Below, piece after piece: positions 27,980 to 41,775 of a DNA stretch of 64,000 nt. Each line of letters starts with the position of its first letter. Within the stretch, counting starts at the first letter, position 1. The DNA comes from Octopus sinensis (Eukaryota). The notes below the pieces were generated by a model that saw nothing but the letters and a program-made list of their open reading frames with translations, was not told the DNA's origin and ran no database searches. Location of the stretch: the NCBI RefSeq assembly GCF_006345805.1, contig NC_043011.1, forward strand, positions 28,718,464-28,782,463, in the 5' to 3' direction. Position numbers and translations under genes: made by a program.

Positions 27980-28490
27980 AGATATATATATATACATATA
28001 CATATATACATATACATATATGTATATATATATACATATATATATGTGTATATATATATATGTATATATAGATATATACACATATACATGTATATATATA
28101 TGTATATATAAGATGCATATATCTATTTATACATATATATATGTATACATTATACATATTATATTTACATATGCGTATATACATATATAAATATATGCAT
28201 CTATACATATATACATATATATATATACGTATGTATATATATATATATATATATATATTAATAATATATACATACGTATATATATATACATATATATCTA
28301 TATAATATATACATATATACATATATATGTATATATTATATATAATATACATGTATACACGTATATATATGCATATATATACATATATATACATATATAT
28401 ACATATATATACATATAGATATATATACATATTATATCTATATGTTTATATATATAAATATATATATATATATATACATATGGCGGTGCC
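27980..28490. repeat. Degenerate (TA)n/(TACA)n field
   Basis: Direct inspection. Confidence 0.9.
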
Positions 28491-28815
28491 CCAGCATGGC
28501 CACAGCTCGTGAGCTGAAACTAGATAAAATGAAACTGATATACATACATATATATCTACATGTATACATATACATCTATACAGATACATCTATGCATAAA
28601 CATATAAATATACTTTTATTTGTGAGGTTTATTTAATAACCAGTTGATCTAGTAAGCGGGGCCTCATATCAGTGTGGGGAGCCGGTGCGCATTGATGCCG
28701 TAGAGAAATAGGCCCCGAAACGGCGCGCATTCTCTCCTGATGACCGCATACACTTGCGGGCCTCCGGTATGCGGAGTTCTCGATTGGTAGCACTTGCATG
28801 TGCAAGTTGTTTGCA

Positions 28816-28851
<36 letters not shown>

Positions 28852-28852
<1 letters not shown>

Positions 28853-29152
28853 GTCAGTACTAATTCTTTATAGCGTCCAGTTCGTTTGTTATATTTTGTC
28901 ACCTATATATATATATATGTATATATATATTCACGTCGCCATGATAGATCGTTAGCCACTACACACATATTTTCTTTCCCCTTTCTTTCTCTCCTTGTTT
29001 TTTCTGTGTCCCTTTCTGTAGAAGAGTGTAGGTTCGAAACGAAAAGACTTTTCTATTCCTGAGCGTTATACTAATACATCTGTTGTGTTTGTACACCACC
29101 TGTGTTCGTCTTTGTTTTTTTCGTAAACTGTCCCTATATATATATATATATA

Positions 29153-29221
<69 letters not shown>

Positions 29222-29278
29222 TATATAGGTGACAAATATAATAAACGAACTGGACGCTATAAAAAATTAGCACTGACA
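28852..29278. mobile_element. ~55-bp inverted repeats (28852-28908 / 29223-29278) enclosing a (TA)n-flanked family H3 element (28930-29135)
   Basis: The arms are reverse complements. The inner element is the reverse complement of 662-840 and has the core CUGUAGA-A-GAG uguagg UUC-GAAAC-G, lacking U16.1. Confidence 0.65.
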
Positions 29279-29750
29279 CTGCAACAACCCATGATTCCAG
29301 ATTTCTTCTGTACTTCACTAGACTCTGTTAACGATCAACCGCATTGCCCTCTTTCCTGCCACTAATCTGAAATAAAACAAAACGAAAAGAAAGACGACCC
29401 AACAAACTGTACTTAAATTTAGTGCGTGTGAACGCATCGGTACATTTGACAGTTTCCCGAGGGTAGCACGGGTGGAGGGCCCAATCTAATTTCTGTACGC
29501 TCTGACTTTCTGTGAATAAATATAATATTATAGGCCCCATTGTATTGCTTTGCCAGAAGCCTAGAATGCTTTTAAGATAGCCCTGCTTCGGCTACTTACT
29601 CACTATATTACAATTTGATTTGGAGCTGTAGAAATGGAAGAAAGAAAGTTTAATCAATAAGAAAAAAATAACCCAATAAACCTGGATACTACATTTTTTG
29701 TGGTGAAAATATAGTATTGATGGTGGTGAGTGATAGTTAATGGGAAGTTG

Positions 29751-29783
<33 letters not shown>

Positions 29784-29937
29784 TTCTTTTTTTTTTGTTT
29801 TGCATTTCGTGAAATGCATTAGCGATGTAAGTGAAGCGAAATCTTTAATTATATATTTAGTTTTGAATCACTAAATGTTTTGTTGCTAGCCATGCTGTAT
29901 TACTGAGAATATATATATATATATATATATGATATGT

Positions 29938-29982
<45 letters not shown>

Positions 29983-30003
29983 TATATATATATAAATATA
30001 TAT

Positions 30004-30052
<49 letters not shown>

Positions 30053-30084
30053 ATATATATATATATAAATATATATATATATAG

Positions 30085-30140
<56 letters not shown>

Positions 30141-30555
30141 GGAGAGTAAAGGAACATGTATATTGGTGGACTAAAATGTGCTAGCAGCAATTGTACTTAT
30201 ATGTTCTGCATTCGATTGCAGAGATAGAATATAGAAAAGCGAAAACATTCTTTTACGCTGTATTAAAAAATCAGGTAAAACAAAGCAGTTGACTCCAAAT
30301 TCAAATTCAATATAGAATATTATAGAAAATCACTAAGAATTTCATAAAGAACAGCGCCAGATACAATCGGTTTATTGATGCAAATGGAGTTATATGTTTT
30401 ACAATATTATCAATAAGAATTAGTTATTAATCAGTTCACTGAATATGCTCTTTTCATCGATTCATGAAGAATACTTATCAGAAACATTGAAATAAATACA
30501 ACAGAGTAAAGTGCACGAATTCCTTAAAACGTACATATGCACACACATCTATCTA

Positions 30556-30628
<73 letters not shown>

Positions 30629-31350
30629 GTTGAAAACTTTTGGTAGAAAGTTTGTCGTGAATACAGATGTGGGTTCGTGTCCCACCGGTACCTTCGAATT
30701 TTTCTATTCAAAAGGATTCTTCAACTCGATATTTACAAGCTATTCTTTATAGTTTGATGTGTGTGCTTCGAGATATACAATTCCAAAAATCAATTATTTC
30801 ACGGTCTCTTGAAAGTTTACAAAATTCCTATGCCGTCAATACACACACACACATACACAAACATTATACCCCCATACACACATAATATATAGCATAATAT
30901 GAGCATTAACGTTGCTCATTGGAGAATTTAAAAAACCACTGACTAGTTCACTGCATTTGCCATGACGAGACTAGCAAGAAAGAATCAGTGCGATTCGAGT
31001 GGAACTACCATAGAGTATTATTTTGCTGAAAAGAACTGTTTTATCGGTTTTCCTTCTCTTTTTAGATATTTCAACAATATGCACCAGGTGAAAGATACAC
31101 ATACACACATAAACACACATGCAAACACACGCATACTTGCTCACATACATACGGATGCACCTACATACATGCATGTAATTCGAGGCCTTCCGCACAGTTT
31201 CGGTATACCAGATTCCGCTTAAAAAATATTACTCAGCTCGGAGCTACATCACTGTGACGCGACCTTCTTAATCTCACAGCCGTGTCAACATTAGGATACA
31301 TATGTATACATATCAATATGTATGTATATGTGTGTATGCATGTTGGCATG

Positions 31351-31384
<34 letters not shown>

Positions 31385-32834
31385 TGTATGTATGTATGTA
31401 TGTGATGTGTGTGTATGTATAAGTGTGTATATGATTGTGTGTAATTTTATTAACTGTTTAACTCAGTTTTGGGTTAATCAATGTTTCACAGATCTACAAA
31501 GAGGTACAAATTACGTCTGGATCAGAAACTTGGATACTGCGTGGTGAAACGGTGGCTTTACTGTTGCTAATTAAAGTTGATTGCAAAGCGAGGTTCGTCC
31601 ACTGACCAATACGAGTTACGTGGTTGAATCGGCACTTTGGCAACGACTAAATATTGTAAAACTTGCAATCAGCTGATGAATGGGAGGCACATTATTCGCA
31701 ATGGGTGAGGTTAATCTCCATAGCTTTCGTTGGCAATTTCAATAAAATAAATATCAGTTAAGATCTCTGCAGTAGTCTTCACAGCTTGCGTCTTAAATTT
31801 AGCTAGCAGAGAGGTCCGTTGGCGGCATTAGTATTATAGTTAATTTTTCTTGTTAGTTTCGAGTATATTTCCTCTTTAGAGATTATGTTTGAAGTTATAT
31901 TACGCAGATTATTTCCCCAGTATCGGAGCAGCAAGATGAAGCAGGATGGAGTAGTGAAATTTCCCCTGTCCATAGATCTGAAAGCAGTTATATACCGAAG
32001 GAACCTTTTCTTGAATTAATAAGTTGCAAGTCCGATATAGTTATTCTAGATACTATCATGTAGAGAAAGAAAATTTCTTCACTATTTAAGAGGAATATGA
32101 ACAAAAACTAATTTGGTTCAATCCCTCATTGAATTCGAGATATTTCCAAGAGCATAGAAACGTTTTACACCCAGTTAGGCAATGCATCTCAAGTGCATAT
32201 AAATACATTAGCTTTTTAATGCGCACGATATTAAGGTTAGCTATTCGTGTATGGAGATAGTTGCCACCAGTAGCACACGATACAACAGACGAAAATATAC
32301 ACGCACACAGACTCTGCCTCAGACAATTGTCGAAATCAATCCAGCGGTGCAAACACAGGATTTTGCCTTTTTCAGACACTGCTATGGGTTGACTCCTATT
32401 TCGCTGATTTACAGATTCAATCATATCAATTGGCCAGTGACTGACTTGTTATTCAATGAAAATAAACCTTATTTCGAAAACGTGATTGTTTCACCACTAA
32501 ATGTTAAATGATAGGAACGACGCGGTGTTTTTCTTTGTTTCTGTGATATTTCTAGTAATGCGAATCTGAGTCATACTGTTAATAAAAATATATAAACTCA
32601 GGGAACATATGATCACAGATCTTTTTATTATATTTGTACATCTATTTGTGTGTGCGCGCGAGTGTATATATTTGTAGACGTCATAACGATTTAGTAACTT
32701 CGGGAGAAAGTGAAATAACTTGTTTTTGGTGCGGTGGGCCTCGAAGCAGATAATGTTTTAAATAATAGTGTGTAAATATTAGGTTATTTAGACGCTACAC
32801 ATCTATCTCCTGCGAGTTTCACTGTTCCAAAAAG

Positions 32835-32893
<59 letters not shown>

Positions 32894-33254
32894 GTGTATT
32901 GTGGTGTGAGTGTGTGTGTGTATGTATATACGTATATATATATATGTGTGCGTGTGTGTGTGTATACAGTGGCGGACTGGTCAGGTTGCCAGCTTGCCCG
33001 ATGGCAAGTGGGCCCCTGCGCTATCAGAATCCATATATGAGAGTCCATGTTAATATCTATGGGGCCCATCTCCTCAAGTTTGAGGATTTTTTAAAATTCA
33101 CTCCTGGAAAAATGCATTAATTATTTCAGTCTGGCTGTGTATGTAAACAGTTGAAAGGAATACTTAAAAAAAAAAATTATAGCATTGGAGTTGCGGGCGG
33201 GTCCCTTAGTCTCCTGGCAACCAATATATTTATGTATACGTCACTGTGTATATA

Positions 33255-34124
33255 TACAGGGCGTGATGGATAAGCTGTTGCCATTTTATATTTTAAATTT
33301 CACGCATGCGCATTCTTTGTTTTTAATTTTGTCGACTACACACTGTAATAGAGCCAGTTGGTCACCGTCTGTAAGAAAAACAGCACCATGACGCAATTCT
33401 CTCTGCCAGAAATTTGGAAACGCGATGCTGTACCACTTGACATTCGCACCAGAAGCTCCAGTACGAACATTTTAGACTGCTTGGGTGTCAATCTGAGAAC
33501 ATGTACTGAGAGTGATAAAAATCAAACATCAAGTTAGCATCATGGTGTTTGGAGTGACCACTAGTGATGGCGACGTTATCTCTCCATTCATCTTGCCCAC
33601 ACGGCCTCAGATTCAACACGAAGACCTACATCAAGTGCCTGAAGGAGGTAGTGCTGCTCTGGGTCAAGAGGGTGGTTGCTGGAAGACCCTATGTCTGGCA
33701 ACAGGACTCTGCACTATGCCACACAAGCAGAACCCAGACATGGTTGTCAGACAATTTTTGCGACCACATCACCCCTAACATCTGGCCACCTAACTCCCGA
33801 AACAGCAACTCCCATGATTATTATGGGAGTTGAGTGAGAAACCAACAAAACTCCTTATAACACCAAAGATGAACTGAAGGCAAGGATTATGGCAGCATTC
33901 ACCAACTTAAACAAGATGACTGCCCATAAGAGCTGCGGGGAGATTCCGAAGTCGTCTGGAGGCCGTGGTTGAAGCCAATGGCGATTTTATTGAATAAAAA
34001 TTTTACTCTGTAGTATTTCAAGATATTTTGATGTAATTTTGGTAAATATGTCTGTTAAAATGAGATGTCAACGTTATTTTCATTTTTAAAAATTTAGACG
34101 ACTGTTTATTCACTGCACCCAGTA
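33255..34124 (+). mobile_element. Internally deleted maT/DD37D-like Tc1-mariner transposon
   Basis: ORF 33564-33833 has YIKCLKEVVLLWVKRVVAGRPYVWQQDSALCHTS...WPPNS...DYY. Imperfect TIRs tacagggcgtgatggataa / ttattcactgcacccagta. Confidence 0.8.
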
Positions 34125-34159
34125 TATATATATATAATATATATATATATATATTATAT

Positions 34160-34266
34160 TCAAATTACCGAAAATAAAAGACGAAGACAGATGAAGGAAA
34201 ATCAAGCAAGTGTATTAGTTGAGCGTTCGGACGTTTCAAGCCTACACTCTTCGACAGAAATATTGA

Positions 34267-34308
<42 letters not shown>

Positions 34309-34420
34309 TTCAAATTTACCGAAATAAAAGACGAAGACAGCTGAAGGAAAATCAAGCAAGTGTATAGTTGAGCGTTCGGGACGTTTCAAGCCTACACTCT
34401 TCGACAGAAATATTGAGTGT
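34160..34420 (-). repeat. Tandem pair of a ~110-bp unit with a family H3-type core, separated by (TA)n
   Basis: 34160-34272 and 34307-34420 are nearly identical. Minus strand CUGUCGA-A-GAG uguagg CUU-GAAAC-GUC. Confidence 0.7.
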
Positions 34421-34614
34421 ATATATAAATATATATAATATATATATACACACATATACATATATATTCATACATACATATACATACATATATATATACA
34501 TATACATACATATATAATATGTATAATATATACATATACATATATATGCATATATATATATGTATATATATATATGCTTATATATATGTATATAAATATA
34601 TGCGTATATATGTG

Positions 34615-34677
<63 letters not shown>

Positions 34678-35661
34678 CACGCATATCCGTGTATGTATTT
34701 CTATGTTTGGATACATACACGCTATGTATGTATGTATGATGTATGTATGTATGTATGTATGTATGTATGTATGTATGTATGTATGTATGTATGTATGTAT
34801 GTATGTATTAATATACACAGTCATACAGTCATGCACAAAATGTAGAGAGCAAACACTTCGTGTAGTTTTTGTTTTCAAATATTGAAGCCCCTGTACCACT
34901 GTATAATAACTCACTTGACCAAAGCTCTCTAGTGAGTAAATTACAACACCGACAGTGAAACTAATTAACTTTATTTTAAAAATTGCAATAAATTAAGACA
35001 TAAAGACATGTAGATACACTCTTTGATTTCACATGTGTTTGTAAAATGTGTGCAAATGTAACATACGATGCTGACCCTGAACGCAAAACTCAGCAGAAAA
35101 TAGTTTTCCCTATAAGAAATTAGTAAAAAACTTTGAAACCGTAATATGGAAATATATTTAAAAAGAACTTCTGTAAAAAGTCAGTGTTGAAAGATCGGAG
35201 ATTGTCTTGTTAAAACTGATATTTTTTGCATCAGATTTAAGAAACACTTCAGGCTATTTTATGTACGCAGTCCCTTGACTACAAAGCAATACAAACAGCT
35301 TTTTTACTGAAAAGAAATCTAAAATAAAATAACTTTTGAATTTGACGTAAAAAGAAAATTGCGTAAAAGTCAAATACGTTGAGAGAACTCTGTTATGTTA
35401 TTGGTCTCAAAAGTGATATTTTAAGGTCGTGAGGAAACAAGCAATTTCTATTTTCATTTTAATATGACGTCTTAGTATAGAAAAAATAACAAAAAAAAAA
35501 ACATAAAAGAGCAGAAAGAAAATAAATATTGTTTTTCCAGCGACACTTAATAGACACCAAGTTGAGCGACACAAAATGTGGTAAAGGTTAGCACGGTCTT
35601 TTGAGTTACGACAGATGTATCGTTCAATTTCCATGGTCGTTTCTGTGCACATTTTTAGTCT

Positions 35662-35905
35662 CTACTCTTTTACTCTTTTACTTGTTTCAGTCATTTGACT
35701 GCGGCTATGCTGGAGCAAGCCTTTAGTAGAGCAAATCGACCCAGGACTTATTCTTTGTGAGCCTAGCACTTATTCTATCGGTCTCTTTGCCGAACCGCTA
35801 AGTTACGGGGACTTAAACACACCAGCGTCAGTTGTCAAGCGATGTTGGTGGGGACAAAACAGACACACAAACATAACACACACGTATATATATTATATAT
35901 ATATA

Positions 35906-35962
<57 letters not shown>

Positions 35963-36091
35963 TATACATCTATACGACGGGCTTCTTTCAGGCTATAGTA
36001 GAAGACACTTGCCCAAGGTGCCACGCAGTGGGACTGAACCCGGAACTATGTGATTCGTAAGCAAGCTACTTGCTACACAGCCACTCTGCCT
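35662..36091 (-). mobile_element. tRNA-derived SINE family A with internal (TA)n expansion
   Basis: Matches 10939-11347. Confidence 0.85.
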
Positions 36092-36880
36092 CTGTTTCAT
36101 AAATTATTAATTTTGATGTTTACACATACACACACGCACATACACGTGCGGGCACACACTCACTCACACACACACACACACGTGCGCACACACGTGCACA
36201 CACACACATGCACACAGATATATGAACAAATGCAAATAAAATGAGTAAGATTATGAGGCAAGGAGGAGGCAAAGAAAAATTATACGCAAAGTCAGTCGAT
36301 CGTAACACCTGACTGAAAAGTGTAGAATTATAAAGCGTAAAATGCAACAATGGACAAAGTGTACAATGAAAATAAATTCACTAAGAAAGAAACAGAAGGA
36401 AATTTAATAGTTCGGATAACATTCTTTCCTCAAGAAAAGATAAAGCAATAGGAGAAGCAAGAGAAAGTGAAAAAAAACGTTCGAGTTTAGGGCGTTTGTT
36501 TACATGATTTCTACGGTGTTATATATGTATATACACACATATGTACATGTTTAATATTTGTAGTTCTGTTGGTGTAGACGATCTCCATCTGTTTGGGCGA
36601 CAGCTACTTTGCATTGTCCCAGTTATCATTACCTTCTGGAGCATAGGTTCTTTTGGAGGGCTGAGCTTTCCTCTGCAGTAAGCATTTGAAGTGGGTGACC
36701 GGCAGGGTATTTTCTCATCGACACTGTTTATATTTTTACAAATGTCAAAAGTCAAGACTAAATTCATTAAGGAGCTTTCCCTTTCCCTTTTCTAATATCC
36801 ACAGTATCCGATCCAATCTAAACCAAACACGTCACCTCTTACATGCAAACCAAATATTATATTCCTCTCTGAAGTAATAT

Positions 36881-37424
<544 letters not shown>

Positions 37425-38059
37425 ATCTCTCAATCCTTACCCGCAGCCTATCTCTGCATTGAAATTTCAGTCGGGAAAATGGGTGTCTGTGTATTTTGTA
37501 TACATGCCAGCCATACGCACCACATGGCTATCAGCAGCAAAGATTTTCGGTGACACTGCTTTAAAGTCACCCTCTCTTTCTCCTTCAAATGCATCAGATC
37601 CCCCCCTCCGAACTTCTCCTACCACCACCACCACCTTATAGATGTCTTGCACGGCTTTCGTAAAGCCGTTCTATTAGAGACCTTTCCTATGCCATTCAAC
37701 TGTGCTCCCTCGCTATCGGAAAATTTGATGAGAATATTATTGTTACTCTCAGCATTAGCAAAAATTTCAGCTGCGTCTGTAATGCAAATCTCTTCGTAAA
37801 CTGCACAGCTATAGGCTCCGTCCGTTTCTCTTACCTTGTATCAGTTGCTTCATGACAGGCCGTACTACTGCAATGTGTGCAGATAATGTTCTCTTTAATC
37901 CACACTGTGCAATATCTTGTGTTCACCAGGGTTCAGTTTTGTTCCCCTACTCTCTTCATCCTACCTACCTACCTACCTACCTATATATATATATATTATA
38001 TATATATATATAATAGAAATATCTTTCAAAAAGAAAATAGAAACTACACGAGGAAAAGA

Positions 38060-38352
38060 CATGGGGAAAGTAAGAAGAAAAAAAAAGCGAAATGCACATT
38101 GAATATAAAATAAGGCTTTTTTTTAATGAAAGTAGCGATAATAAATACAATTAGATGAACAATGATGTAGAATTAGAGACTAAATTCATTATTTTGAATT
38201 GCTAAAGAGATTCAAGTAATGAATTATTTCTCTTAATTCTACTTCATTTCGTCTAATTGGTATTTATTTATCGCTACTTTTCATAAAAAAAGCCTTTATG
38301 TTTTTGATATTCAATGTGGCATTTTGCTTTTTTCTTATTACTTCCCCCCCCA
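38060..38352. repeat. ~290-bp foldback (arms ~130 bp) between TA tracts
   Basis: 38060-38193 is the reverse complement of 38215-38352, with small indels. Confidence 0.75.
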
Positions 38353-38574
38353 TATATATATATATATATAATTATATAGATATATATATATATAATATAT
38401 ATATATATAACATAAGGGACATTCCAACTGAATATGGCTAGGGACAGGGCAGGGTGGTGGGGGTGTCACTGTTGCATTTAGCCCCAGCGAACATCAACGT
38501 CACCAGATAGGGCCGACGCCATCACGGCGTCCTCTATCTTGCAAAGGAGATCTTTCCCCAAGAAGCGGATGCCA

Positions 38575-38620
38575 CATACGGACCCAGTTTCAAATGGTTA
38601 TTGCCTATTATCAACGTATG
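38575..38620 (-). ncRNA. Degenerate type I hammerhead fold (family H1)
   Basis: Minus strand CAUACG-UUGAUAA-UAGGCAAUAACCAUUU-GAAACUGGGUC-CGUAUG. Stem II is disrupted. Confidence 0.45.
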
Positions 38621-38976
38621 GTAGGCACCGCTTCTCCGACGAACAACTCAACCGTGCAAGATATATATAAATTTTCAAGTAATACATTTACTGATTTCGA
38701 AAATCTGTTCGACAGCAATAATAATTCTCTAAATAAGATATAGACATGACTGCTCCAAGATAGAGGACGCCGTGATGGCGTCGGCCTATCTGGTGACGTT
38801 TGATGTTTCGCCTGGGCTAATGCAACAGTGACAGCCCCACCAGTCACTGTCTATATTCATTTAGAGAATTATATATTGCTGCGTCGAACAGATTTTCGAA
38901 ATCAGTAAATGTATTTACTTGAAAATCTTTATATATATCTTGCACGGTGAGTTGTTCGTCGAGAAGCGGTGTCTAC

Positions 38977-39022
38977 CATACGTTGATAATAGGCAATACA
39001 CCTTGAAACCTGGGTCCGTATG
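38977..39022 (+). ncRNA. Type I hammerhead fold (family H1, U3-A8 variant)
   Basis: CAUACG-UUGAUAA-UAGG caauaca CCUU-GAA-ACC ug GGU-C-CGUAUG. Predicted cleavage after 39016. The first pair of stem II is U-U. Confidence 0.6.
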
Positions 39023-39249
39023 TAGCATCCGCTTCTTGGGGACTGATCTCCCTTTGCAAGATAGAGGACGCCGTGATGGCGTCGGCCTATCTGGTGACGT
39101 TGATGTTCGCCTGGGGCTAAATGCAACAGTGACACCCCACCACCATGCCCTGTCCCTAGCCATAATCAGTTGGCTAATGTCCCTTATGTTATGGAGCAGT
39201 CACTGTCTATATCTCATTTAGAGAATTATTATTGCTATATATATATAGG

Positions 39250-39600
39250 TTCAGCAAAAATTTAGATTCAAATGAATATGGTACTTAATTTAGATGCACC
39301 AGAATTCAGTATGGTGTTTTCCATAAAAATCCGTGGTGTGATTATTTTGATTATTTTGATTATATATATATCAACGACTAATTTGTGGTCACTTTCAATA
39401 GAGATCACTCTTATTTGGATGATAGCACTTTTAATTCCTCTGTAGACATTCTCACCAAGCGTCATCCACAGACAACCAAAGTGCCTCATGCTAAATGGGA
39501 TATAATACGGAGAGCACAGCCATACAAACATAGCATATATGGATGCGAACTATGTTCTATGGAAATTTATGAAATTTTTGAAGTATAGAGATAAAAATAA
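39250..39600 (+). mobile_element. Decayed Penelope-like GIY-YIG C-terminal region
   Basis: ORF 39385-39588 contains KWDIIRRAQPYKHSIYGCELCSMEIYEI, similar to the KWEIIKRAKPY...CNLC.EK motif. Confidence 0.55.
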
Positions 39601-41590
39601 CCTAATTAATAATAGATTAGACTTTAGGGTATCCTGTGTGCATAACATCAACCATACATTAAAATATTTTAGAAACAAATAATATTATACTCATTTGGCA
39701 GTAGAAATTATCAGGGGTGTCATATCTTTTATAACATACCCTCTAGAGTATGGAATTATATATTATATATAATATTGCCCTCTTATAACCCCTACCGCTT
39801 TAGTCTGCATTCATCCTATACGTGGATTGCACTGTTTATCCTTCAGTTCTAAGGCTTTCTTCCCTATCAGTCAAAATAGATATATTTACAATGAATTACC
39901 TGATCTTATGCCTCCCTTAAGTATACTCTATACCCCCTACGAACTATATGATTCTAAGCACATCAGTGTCTGTAATATTACATCTTACAAATATTTTATA
40001 AAACCACATCCAATGGTATCCTTATCTTACTTTATTTATTTTTTAATTTGCTTTTGTTAAGAATACCTCGATTTACCCTTATTACTTATTATTCTTTATT
40101 TTTTATCTTTTTTATATCCAGTATATATTTTATGGCTTTCACAATGTAAAATTTTTATCTTTATGTCTATTTTTTATTTCATAAATCCTTTATTGGAATT
40201 TTATATCAATATTTCTTCCTTTTCTTCTTTTTATTAGTTTATTCTTCTATATTATTCTTCTATATTATATATATCATATTATTATATTTTCGCATTTTGT
40301 GTACCTATTTACCCTTGTATATAATGGTGTAACTTCTATGAATTATGAATGGGTTGTAACTTCTCTTATAGTTAATCATGGTATAATACAATACAATATG
40401 GTATTTATATTTATTTATTTGTATTTACATTTTATAATTATAATATATATATTTTTATATATACACATATATGGTATATATTTTTTGTATATATATGTGG
40501 TATTTTTATACTTTCTTATATCCTTTAAGATTTTTTCATAATGTTGGAAATTTTTTTATATAATTATATTTTTACCAAGGTTTTTAAATGAGTTTATCTG
40601 TTAGAGAATTGATTATCTTATTTTTTGCCCTTAATCTTTGGCTTTCAGTCAATAGAAAATGTGTGCCCCTTCTCGGATGAAATCTGACTTTAATTATGGG
40701 TTCATTGTTGAATAGTTTTATCATGACCACCTTAACAATATGCTAGGATGGAGCATTATGAGGTTTCTATATTATATAAAAGTACCCCATTTTTTAGGGC
40801 TTAGATTGGTTTACCTATCCTTCTCTTACTTGGTCCTTAAATCCCTTGCTAAATTTTATTATTTAATGTACAAAATATATGATAATATATAAATTTTGTT
40901 AAATTTGGATATACAAATTTCGCCCCTGTACTCTTAACGCCCATTTAGATCTCATTGTAACCTCTTTTGTTTTCTGTTTTAGGCCCCTTTTAATTGATAA
41001 TCATAATATAGTTTAAGTCACCTCTGACCTTCTTCTTTCCGAATATATACCATTATCTTGCTGCCATCTTCTGAAGCATGTTCTTTTATGTAGTCACGGC
41101 GAATTTATAGTCACAGTAAAATAAGGGTGGGAAGAGTATCTGACATTAATTATCACCAGCGGCAAAACCTTTACTGCCAATTCCCAGCGGTTTTAATTTT
41201 AAGTGGATATAGATACTGGCTGCATTGAATATTTTGATTGTGATAAGGAGAAATGAATGGAGCTGTATTACCGTTTCTTGACCTCCACCAGCGTTATTAT
41301 TCTCTTCTGCCACTCCAAATTATAGTAGGCTTTGGGTATTTTCTCCCTATCTTCATTCTGCTACAATAATAGCAATAAGCATGTAATACTTTTATTCTCG
41401 AGTTCTGATGAAAAAGTTGCTAAAAAATTATAATGGAATATCCTGTATGTTGAAAACGCATATGGTCTTCTGCATCCGAGGAAAAGGGTTTATTTCAAAT
41501 TGATGTAATATTTGCATTGATCGATTAAACGGAGCCGCTTGAAACGGCCGTATTGCACTAATATCTGGATAACCTTGTTACTTATTTGCT

Positions 41591-41594
<4 letters not shown>

Positions 41595-41666
<72 letters not shown>
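41595..41666. repeat. (TCTA)n microsatellite
   Basis: Direct inspection. Confidence 0.95.
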
Positions 41667-41667
41667 A

Positions 41668-41760
41668 TGATGAATGCTGGAGAGTACATCAGCCGAAACG
41701 TTGTGTTAACAACAAACATGATGAGAACAAATATCTGTCAATGTAAATAACGTAAATAAT
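41668..41760 (+). repeat. Penelope pseudo-LTR fragment with a hammerhead-like motif (family H5)
   Basis: UGAUGA-A-UGCUG gagaguacau CAGCC-GAAAC-GUU. Homologous to 49600-49752 (-) and 50595-50675 (+). Confidence 0.6.
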
Positions 41761-41775
41761 CTACATAATTCCTTC

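Larger units (their letters stand above)
38407..39237. mobile_element. Retrozyme-like hammerhead repeat family H1, locus 2 (antisense monomer, partial sense piece, full sense monomer)
   Basis: Homologous to 901-1630 and has the same two outer ends: (TA)n|ataaca.aagggac and ttattgct|a(TA)n. Confidence 0.8.

Noticed and set aside
28655-28785. GC-rich island with CTGATGA, CGAAAC and hairpins (cggggcct/aggccccg, ccgcatac/gtatgcgg)
   Set aside because: No consistent hammerhead topology. CTGATGA plus stem is followed by AGTT rather than GAAA, and the CGAAAC lacks a matching core and NUH.
32966-33230. hAT-like terminus cagtggcgga (similar motif at 61912)
   Set aside because: No matching opposite TIR or 8-bp TSD found.
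36519-36767. Possible RTE reverse-transcriptase remnant
   Set aside because: Only vague similarity and no intact motif.
37440-37930. Possible minus-strand exons (donor caag|gtaaga near 37836)
   Set aside because: Short frames with no recognisable homology. Not supportable without transcripts.
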